Shown: in pieces, positions 57,562 to 64,000 of the stretch
How positions within the stretch are numbered: the stretch's first letter is position 1
Layout: every line of letters begins with the position of its first letter
DNA from: Minisyncoccota bacterium
GTDB lineage: Bacteria > Patescibacteriota > Minisyncoccia > Phycocordibacterales > CAJQIN01
DNA: 64,000 nt
NCBI GenBank assembly: GCA_905478465.1
Contig: CAJQIN010000002.1
Span: forward strand, 88,312-152,311
Direction of reading: 5' to 3'
The notes under the pieces: model-generated
The model's database searches: none
What the model was told of the DNA's origin: nothing
What the model saw: only the letters and a program-made list of their open reading frames with translations
Program-made: the position numbers and the translations under genes

Positions 57562-59935
57562 AAAAATACAAAAAAAGAAATTAATACTACTCGATGCATA
57601 TGCCATCATTCATCGTGCATATCATGCATTACCTGACTTCTCTTCTTCTCGCACAGGGGAGCCAACAGGAGCACTATACGGACTCTCTGCCATGCTCATT
57701 AAGATAGTTACTGATTTAAAGCCAGATTACATTGTGTCTTGTTTTGATTTGCATATGCCTACATATCGACATGAAGTTTTCAAAGACTATAAGGCTAATA
57801 GAAAAGAAAAAGATGAAGACTTATCAAAACAAATAGACAGGTCTCGAGATTTGTTCGAAGCATTTAATATACCTATTTTTCAAGCAGAAGGATTTGAGGC
57901 TGATGACATTTTAGGAACAATTGTTGAACAAACAAAAGATGATGCTGAGATTGAAATTATTATTGCCTCAGGTGACATGGACACATTGCAACTTGTTTCA
58001 GGAAAAAAGGTACAAGTATTCACTTTGAAAAAGGGTATTAATGACACTGTGACATACGACGAGAAAGCAGTGAAAGAGCGTTTTGGTTTTGGTCCAGAAC
58101 TCATTCCAGATTATAAAGGTCTTCGAGGTGATCCTTCTGATAACATCCCAGGTATTCCGGGTGTGGGAGAAAAAACAGCCACAACACTCATTACTGAATT
58201 TGGGGGTATAGAGGATATATACAAAAAACTAGCAAAAAATCCTGAAGAATTTGAGGGTCGGGGTATAAAAAAACGAATAGTAGGTCTCCTAGAAAAACAC
58301 CAAGAAGACGCAGAGTTTTCAAAAATGCTAGCCACTATTCGACTCGATGCTCCTATTACATTTACCCTGGAGAAAAAGAACTGGCAAGATGGATTGGATA
58401 TGCAAAAGATTGTTGAATTGTTTCGAGAGCTTGGATTCAAAACACTAACCACTCGAGTACAAGAAGCTTTTGGTGTAGAAAAAGAATTAGTTGAAGAAGA
58501 GGAGGCTTCAAAGGAAATTGTTCCTGAGAAAGAATTAAAAGAAGTTAGTATTGCATTGTGGTTATTGGACTCAAATAATACTAATGCAACTCTTGATGAA
58601 ATTTTGTCATACACCAAAGAGAGAATGTTTGCTGATGCAAAGAAGAAAATATACAGTGAATTAAAAAAACAAAAACTCGAAAAATTATTTGAGGATATGG
58701 AAAAACCTTTAATACCAATTATTAACCAAATGAACATGAGGGGGATTGAGGTTGATACTGTTTATTTAAAAAAACTTTCTGATACGTATCATATTGAGTT
58801 AGAAAAACTACAAACAAAGATTTGGAAGGAAGCCGGGGAGGAATTTAATATCAACTCACCTAAACAAATGGGAGAAGTGTTGTTTGACCATATGGAACTC
58901 TCTGCCAAGAATCAAAAGAAGACAGCGGGAGGTGCTCGATCTACCAAGGAGTCGGAGCTTGAAAAGATGCGAGATACACACCCTATCATTGGACACATTC
59001 TTGAATACCGAGAATTACAAAAACTCCTTTCTACATATATAGATAATATTCCTCACATGCTTGAAGACGGAAGATTGCACGCTACTTTTTTGCAATCTGG
59101 AACAACCACGGGACGTATGGCAAGTCAGAATCCTAATCTTCAAAATATTCCGATTAAAACAGAACTAGGAAGAAATATTCGGAACTCTTTTGTGCCATCA
59201 AAAGGCTATGTCCTTGCTGCTCTTGATTACTCCCAAGTTGAACTTCGGGTAGCGGCTATTCTCTCTGAAGATGAAAAACTTTTACAGATCTTCAAAAACG
59301 GAGAAGATGTTCACACCTCAGTAGCTTCATATGTTTTTGATATTCCCAAAGAAGATGTAACAAAAGAGATGCGTAGACGAGCCAAAGTTATTAACTTTGG
59401 AATACTCTATGGAATGGGAGTAAACGCTCTAAGGGTGAATTTAGGAACTGATAGAAAAGAAGCACAAGAATTTTATAATGCATACTTCGAACGATTCACG
59501 GGACTTGCTGCATATCTCGAGGGAGTGAAGCAGGATGCAACACGCACAGGGTACACAGAAACGCTCTTTGGGCGACGAAGATACTTTGCAGGACTCAAGT
59601 CTCCACTTCCTTGGATACGCGCACAAGCAGAGCGTATGGCTATCAATGCCCCTATTCAAGGAACAGCAACAGCTGATATTGTGAAGGTTGCTATGGTACG
59701 CATCGCGGAGTTTTTGAAAAAAGAAAAACTACAAAAAGATGTACACCTTTTACTTCAGGTACATGATGAACTTGTCTTTGAGATTAAAAAAGAAAAGGTA
59801 GATGAAATTGTTCCAAAAATACAAAAAATTATGGAATCTGTATTAACCAAAGAACAATCAAAAGGAATACCTATTGTGGCAAATGCAGAAGTAGGGGAGA
59901 ATTGGGGAACGATGAAAGAGGTAGGTATTAAATAA
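57554..59935 (+). CDS. polA: DNA polymerase I (5'-3' exonuclease plus family A polymerase domain)
   Basis: N-terminal FEN-like domain (LLLDAYAIIHRAYHAL), a helix-hairpin-helix, and polymerase motifs A (DYSQVELRVAA), B (RRRAKVINFGILYG) and C (QVHDELVFE). Confidence 0.9.
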   Translation: MNKKIQKKKLILLDAYAIIHRAYHALPDFSSSRTGEPTGALYGLSAMLIKIVTDLKPDYIVSCFDLHMPTYRHEVFKDYKANRKEKDEDLSKQIDRSRDLFEAFNIPIFQAEGFEADDILGTIVEQTKDDAEIEIIIASGDMDTLQLVSGKKVQVFTLKKGINDTVTYDEKAVKERFGFGPELIPDYKGLRGDPSDNIPGIPGVGEKTATTLITEFGGIEDIYKKLAKNPEEFEGRGIKKRIVGLLEKHQEDAEFSKMLATIRLDAPITFTLEKKNWQDGLDMQKIVELFRELGFKTLTTRVQEAFGVEKELVEEEEASKEIVPEKELKEVSIALWLLDSNNTNATLDEILSYTKERMFADAKKKIYSELKKQKLEKLFEDMEKPLIPIINQMNMRGIEVDTVYLKKLSDTYHIELEKLQTKIWKEAGEEFNINSPKQMGEVLFDHMELSAKNQKKTAGGARSTKESELEKMRDTHPIIGHILEYRELQKLLSTYIDNIPHMLEDGRLHATFLQSGTTTGRMASQNPNLQNIPIKTELGRNIRNSFVPSKGYVLAALDYSQVELRVAAILSEDEKLLQIFKNGEDVHTSVASYVFDIPKEDVTKEMRRRAKVINFGILYGMGVNALRVNLGTDRKEAQEFYNAYFERFTGLAAYLEGVKQDATRTGYTETLFGRRRYFAGLKSPLPWIRAQAERMAINAPIQGTATADIVKVAMVRIAEFLKKEKLQKDVHLLLQVHDELVFEIKKEKVDEIVPKIQKIMESVLTKEQSKGIPIVANAEVGENWGTMKEVGIK

Positions 59936-59940
59936 TTATT

Positions 59941-60633
59941 ATGATTTATTTTTTCTACAATACGCCAAAAGAAAAAGTACACACTCTCGTGCAGGGTTTG
60001 TTGAAGCGAAAACCAGATGCTATGTATTTTCGTTTTGATGAAGATACTTTTGATGGAGAATTCTTGAAAGGATTATTTGAAAGTCAGGGACTTTTTGAAG
60101 CACACCATATCGTGTATTTAGACGAATTATATACAACTGGAACTTTTTCAATGTTTCTAAAAGAAATGCAAAAATCTGAAAATATTTTTGTGGTGTACGA
60201 AAGAGATTTATTGGCAAAAGATCTAAAGCAGATTGAGGGGTGTAGTGAGAAGGTGGTAAAAGAAGAGAAAGTAAAAAAAAAGTCTCTAGGAGTGAAGGAG
60301 AATCCATTTGCCCTTACCGAAGCCTTGGGGAAGAGGGATAAGAAAAAGGCTTGGATATTGTATCAAGATGCCCTCATCTCCGGCAAAGCTCCAGAAGAGA
60401 TACAAGGTCTTTTGTTCTGGCAGGTAAAGTCTATGGTATTAGCTAGCAGGGCAAAAAATGCCACAGATACAGGACTAAAACCTTTTGTATATACAAAAGC
60501 CAAGGGATTTGCGAAGAATTACACACAAGATGAGCTAATAAAGATGTCGGCGGAGCTTGTGCATATTAGTGATCAAGGAAGAAAAGGTGGAGATGTTGGG
60601 GTTCTGTTAGAAAAGTTCTTACTTACTTTATAA
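59941..60633 (+). CDS. holA: DNA polymerase III delta subunit-like protein (short)
   Basis: 230 aa directly downstream of polA with weak HolA-like helical patterns. The assignment rests mainly on context. Confidence 0.4.
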   Translation: MIYFFYNTPKEKVHTLVQGLLKRKPDAMYFRFDEDTFDGEFLKGLFESQGLFEAHHIVYLDELYTTGTFSMFLKEMQKSENIFVVYERDLLAKDLKQIEGCSEKVVKEEKVKKKSLGVKENPFALTEALGKRDKKKAWILYQDALISGKAPEEIQGLLFWQVKSMVLASRAKNATDTGLKPFVYTKAKGFAKNYTQDELIKMSAELVHISDQGRKGGDVGVLLEKFLLTL

Positions 60634-60640
60634 TACAAAA

Positions 60641-60678
60641 AAATACCCCTATGCACCGAAGTGCATAGGGGTATTTTA
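60641..60678. terminator. bidirectional rho-independent terminator (13-bp stem)
   Basis: tacccctatgcac-cgaa-gtgcataggggta flanked by A7 and T4. Confidence 0.7.
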
Positions 60679-60948
60679 GAACAAGAACTAGGCAGCTGCC
60701 TCGTCTGTTGTTGCTTCAGCAGGAGCAGCCATTTCTGGTGCAGCTTCTGTAGTAGGAGCTTCAGTAGTTACTTCAGGAGTAGTTCCTTCTGTAGACTCTG
60801 GAGTCATGTTTGTGTCTTCGTTCATAGGACAATATGGTTAATTAATAACGAGATATTAGTATAACATATGTGAAAAAGGCTTGCTCAGGTGGGTTTTGTT
60901 TTTATAATTATCAAAAAAATCTCCCACAAAGGAGATTTTTTAAATTTG

Positions 60949-61021
60949 TCCGCCCAGCAGGACTTGAACCTGCGACCATTTGCTTAAAAGGCAACTGCTC
61001 TACCAGCTGAGCTATGGGCGG
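60949..61021 (-). tRNA. tRNA-Lys (anticodon TTT), CCA not encoded
   Basis: Manual fold: acceptor CCGCCCA/TGGGCGG, D arm GCTC-AGCTGGTA-GAGC, anticodon loop CTTTTAA, T arm GCAGG-TTCAAGT-CCTGC. Near-identical in its arms to E. coli tRNA-Lys. A terminator hairpin (atctccc-acaaa-ggagat plus T6) lies at 60917-60942. Confidence 0.85.
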
Positions 61022-61104
61022 ATATATCTATTCAAAATAGATAAGACAAAAAATAACATAAAAAAGTGCGTTTGCAAACAGGAGTAATGTGATAATGTAT
61101 TTTT

Positions 61105-61578
61105 ATGAACACACAAAAAACTTTTATCATTCTGCATGATATTCGTAGTGAGCATAATGTAGGCTCTATTTTCCGCACAGCGGACGCTGTCGGTGTGTCA
61201 AAAATATATCTAACAGGATACACTCCTGCACCATTAGATCGTTTTGGAAGAAAGGAAAATACAATTGCAAAAACAGCTCTCGGAGCAGAAGAAAATATTC
61301 CGTGGGAACAAGGAGATGTTTTTGAGGTTATTGAGATGTTAAAAAAACAACACACAGAGATTGTCTCAATTGAACAATCTAAAAGTTCTATTGATTATAA
61401 AAACTATTCCCCAAAAAATGATACAGCTTTTATCTTGGGTGATGAAGTTCGAGGTGTCTCTCCTGATATTTTGGAAAAGTCAGATGTTATTCTTGAGGTG
61501 CCTATGATAGGGAAGAAGGAATCATTGAATGTTTCAGTTACGGCTGGAGTAGTTCTTTTTCGTGTTCTTAATATTTAA
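61105..61578 (+). CDS. SpoU/TrmH-family RNA 2'-O-methyltransferase (TrmL-like size)
   Basis: 157 aa; SPOUT motifs HNVGSIFRTADAVG and a C-terminal LNVSVTAGVVLF. Confidence 0.7.
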   Translation: MNTQKTFIILHDIRSEHNVGSIFRTADAVGVSKIYLTGYTPAPLDRFGRKENTIAKTALGAEENIPWEQGDVFEVIEMLKKQHTEIVSIEQSKSSIDYKNYSPKNDTAFILGDEVRGVSPDILEKSDVILEVPMIGKKESLNVSVTAGVVLFRVLNI

Positions 61579-62509
61579 CCTGGTGCACAGGACAGAAGTG
61601 TCCACTTCGTCCACGAATAACTTTTCTTTCAATGATACCTCCATCTTTTTTCGTACACTCATTACCTGTTTTTCTGTATACATTGTGTCTATTTTGAAAG
61701 TCACCAGCTTTTCCATCTATATCTCTATAGTCTGAAGTTGAATCTCCTCCGTATTGTATGGCTTTTTTGAGGATAGGTTTTATATTTTTATATATCACTT
61801 CTAAAACATCATTGGGGATATTTCCAGGAAGACTCTCTGGATGTACTTTTGATTCCCAAAGTATTTCATCTGAATATATATTTCCAATACCAGCAATTAA
61901 AGTGTGGTCCATGAGAACAGACTTAATGGGTGTTTTAGATTTCAGCAGTAATTGTTTTTTAAAAATATTAAAAGTGAATTCTTTCTCAAGAGGCTCTGGT
62001 CCAATATTAAATATTTCATCTGATGTTTCTAGATGTTTAGTTTCAAGAAGGGTTATTTTTGCAAATTTACGCATATCAGAAAGAATCAAATGTTTCCCAT
62101 TAGAGAGAGTAAAGACAAAACGAATATGTCGATTGAATGGATCCCAAAGATATTTTGTCTCTGTCGAATCTGGTTGCCATTCCTCATTTTCCCAAAGCTC
62201 GACTCGGTCTTTCTTTTTTGTTTGTACATATTTTCCATACATTATATGCCCAGTCATTTTCATGTGAATTAGGACGGTATATCCATTTGATAGGTGAATG
62301 AGGATATTTTTATGTCTTCTTTCAGAACCAATTATCTTTGCACCAATTACTTTCTTTTTGAAACTTTTAAAATAATCAGGATTCTTTATCTGGTTTTTGT
62401 AGGGCGCGTAATTTGAAATATAGTTTGTCCAAACATCAGAAATAGAAAGACCTATAACGGTCCTTTTAATTCCTTCTACTGTGGTGTGTACTTCTGGAAG
62501 TTCTGGCAT
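61568..62509 (-). CDS. mutM: formamidopyrimidine-DNA glycosylase (Fpg/Nei family)
   Basis: MPELPEV N-terminus (catalytic Pro2, Glu3), an H2TH region, and a C-terminal zinc finger C-x2-C...C-x2-H-like (CTKKDGG...GHFCPVHQ). Confidence 0.8.
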   Translation of the reverse strand: MPELPEVHTTVEGIKRTVIGLSISDVWTNYISNYAPYKNQIKNPDYFKSFKKKVIGAKIIGSERRHKNILIHLSNGYTVLIHMKMTGHIMYGKYVQTKKKDRVELWENEEWQPDSTETKYLWDPFNRHIRFVFTLSNGKHLILSDMRKFAKITLLETKHLETSDEIFNIGPEPLEKEFTFNIFKKQLLLKSKTPIKSVLMDHTLIAGIGNIYSDEILWESKVHPESLPGNIPNDVLEVIYKNIKPILKKAIQYGGDSTSDYRDIDGKAGDFQNRHNVYRKTGNECTKKDGGIIERKVIRGRSGHFCPVHQVKY

Positions 62510-62612
62510 GAAATTACTATAGCGTAAAATAAAAATAGAATATATTGACACACTCTATTTATAATGATATTTTTCGATTAGAAATAGTGTTCAAACATGA
62601 AAGGAACATCGT

Positions 62613-63050
62613 ATGAACAAAAACACAGCCAGGGTGATTATTATATGTGTGTGGGCATTAGCGGCTATTATGTACCTTGGAAGATCTTCCAGGGTTAAAA
62701 ACCAACAACCTGAATCTGCTCAAGAACAGACTCTTCCCGAAGATATTTCTAAGGAGGTTAAGTTTGTAGGTAGTGGTATCACACCCACACTGGATAAGTT
62801 CCTGAATACTTCACCAGGCACCATTATGATGTATGATTTCATTGATGGTGGCTGGGAGAATGGCGGAAAGTTTCTTCTTGTTATTTCGAGTAATGAAGAA
62901 GAGGTAATAGGATTAAATACTCAGGGTAAAAAAATTAGTATTTCCACGAAAAATGTGGCATACATCTATGACCCAAAAATTGTTCCACAAGAGTATTTAT
63001 ATGTTTCCCACACATTCAATGTTCACTTAGCAAAAAGTCTTGCTGAGTAA
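62613..63050 (+). CDS. hypothetical membrane-anchored protein
   Basis: N-terminal TM helix (VIIICVWALAAIMYL). No recognised domain. Confidence 0.4.
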   Translation: MNKNTARVIIICVWALAAIMYLGRSSRVKNQQPESAQEQTLPEDISKEVKFVGSGITPTLDKFLNTSPGTIMMYDFIDGGWENGGKFLLVISSNEEEVIGLNTQGKKISISTKNVAYIYDPKIVPQEYLYVSHTFNVHLAKSLAE

Positions 63051-63105
63051 TAAGTTCTTTCAGAAAACATTTTTAAAAACACCGATATTATGTCGGTGTT
63101 TTTTA

Positions 63106-64000
63106 TTAACCCAATACCTTCTCTAACTCCTCTCTCACAACACTTGCATCATCCCACGGAGTTTTGGTCCCATTTGGTCCCATTATATATGGATCAGTTC
63201 CTTTTCCTGTAATGATAACCACAGAGTCTTTTTTGGCTTTATGAAGGGCTTTGTTTATTGCTTCACGCCTATCAAGAATTACTTCTGGTCTATGATTTTT
63301 TATCACCGTCTTCATTTCAGAAATAATTTTTAAAGGATCTTCGTCATACGGATCTTCATTTGTTAGGATTATTTTGTCACAATAGGTATCTGCAATTTTT
63401 GCCATTTCAGGACGTTTCCATGTATCACGTCCTCCTCCTGTATTTCCTAAGATACAAATAGTTTCTTTTTCTTTAAAAACTTTATACACCTTCTCAAGAG
63501 AATCTGCGGTATGCGCGTAATCAACAATAACAGAGAAATTTTGTTTTCTTTTTAAGGGATGTTCATCAGGAAGCTCTATGTATTCCATTCGCCCGCGAGC
63601 TCCTTGAAACTTTTCAAAAGCTTTTTCTATTATTTCCAAAGAGATACCCTGGCTAATACCATAGGTGAGGGCACCTAGCATGTTATAGATATTAAATTCT
63701 CCCGGGAGTTTGCTTCTAAATGTTTTTCCTTCATAGGTAAACATAGTTCCGTGTTCTGTTGAGGTGTATGGTTCAGCATCTTTTAAAGAGAAGGTGTATT
63801 GGTCACCAATATTTAATGAGGTGAAATGGTGGGATTCTTTGTCGTCTCTATTTACCACAAGGATACGTTTCTTCTTTCTTGAACTTTCAAGGGCTTTTCC
63901 AAGAGCTATTTTAGCAGCTCGATACTTTTCATATGAACCATGTGACTCAATATGCTCTGGAGAGAGGTTGGTGAAGATAAGTCCATCTAAGCTAATGAAC
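63106..64000 (-). CDS. murE: Mur ligase (MurE-like UDP-MurNAc-tripeptide synthetase), 5' end truncated by the window edge
   Basis: DYAHTADSLEKV (MurE-type DYAHTPD motif) and the C-terminal Mur ligase domain. The reading frame stays open to the window end, so the N-terminus lies beyond 64000. Confidence 0.65.
   Translation of the reverse strand, partial: FISLDGLIFTNLSPEHIESHGSYEKYRAAKIALGKALESSRKKKRILVVNRDDKESHHFTSLNIGDQYTFSLKDAEPYTSTEHGTMFTYEGKTFRSKLPGEFNIYNMLGALTYGISQGISLEIIEKAFEKFQGARGRMEYIELPDEHPLKRKQNFSVIVDYAHTADSLEKVYKVFKEKETICILGNTGGGRDTWKRPEMAKIADTYCDKIILTNEDPYDEDPLKIISEMKTVIKNHRPEVILDRREAINKALHKAKKDSVVIITGKGTDPYIMGPNGTKTPWDDASVVREELEKVLG

Noticed and set aside
60661-60864. Cys-rich 67-aa plus-strand ORF
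   Set aside because: It starts inside the bidirectional terminator hairpin after holA and lies antisense to a T/E/A-rich stretch. No start signals; probably spurious.
1-64000. CRISPR arrays, rRNA genes, complete IS elements or prophage modules
   Set aside because: No regularly spaced direct repeats, no rRNA-like conserved stretches, and no complete transposase, integrase or phage structural genes were seen. Only short HTH remnants appear at 43077-43697 and 8623-9300.

Overview
This is a low-GC (~35%) bacterial segment. Its gene content suggests an ultra-small-genome (CPR/Patescibacteria-like) organism: short genes, few Shine-Dalgarno sequences, tRNAs without an encoded CCA next to a cca gene, a type IV pilin and PilB ATPase, and an intein-bearing helicase.

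The backbone is housekeeping. It carries tig-(rsmE)-clpP, rny, hup, rpsO and pnp, purM-like, ksgA, the jag-yidC-rnpA-rpmH / dnaA-dnaN replication-origin locus (DnaA boxes between dnaA and dnaN), PBP1A, tyrS, ruvB-yebC-ruvC, pilB, tsaE-polA-holA, trmL, fpg, and a 5'-truncated murE at the window end. Five tRNAs are present: Gly-GCC, Pro-TGG, Gly-TCC, Arg-TCG and Lys-TTT.

Three accessory blocks stand out.

1. About 27.4-38.3 kb is a co-directional cluster of 12 secreted or membrane proteins with type IV secretion hallmarks. These are a PrgI/VirB3-like protein, a VirB4-like ATPase apparently split into two ORFs 1 nt apart, a VirB2/TrbC-like pilin candidate, and a large polytopic membrane protein. 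No relaxase or coupling protein is visible in the window.

2. About 43.1-48.5 kb, just after dnaN-dciA, is a higher-GC island. It holds a translationally coupled operon (MazG-like NTP pyrophosphatase, then a PUA-like domain fused to an HNH nuclease, then a DUF262/ParB-like nuclease) plus DUF4145-like and nucleotidyltransferase-like genes and transposase-HTH-like remnants. This is a candidate anti-phage defense island whose exact system I cannot name.

3. The UvrD/PcrA helicase gene carries a 368-aa class-1 intein inserted exactly in helicase motif III.

Other signals are a promoter- and terminator-flanked structured intergenic RNA candidate (54.45-54.8 kb), a local cluster of a 12-14-bp palindromic motif GTTTCACGTGAAAC (including a perfect 32-bp palindrome) at 8.08-10.63 kb, and several small well-signalled ORFs. 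I see no CRISPR arrays or rRNA genes.
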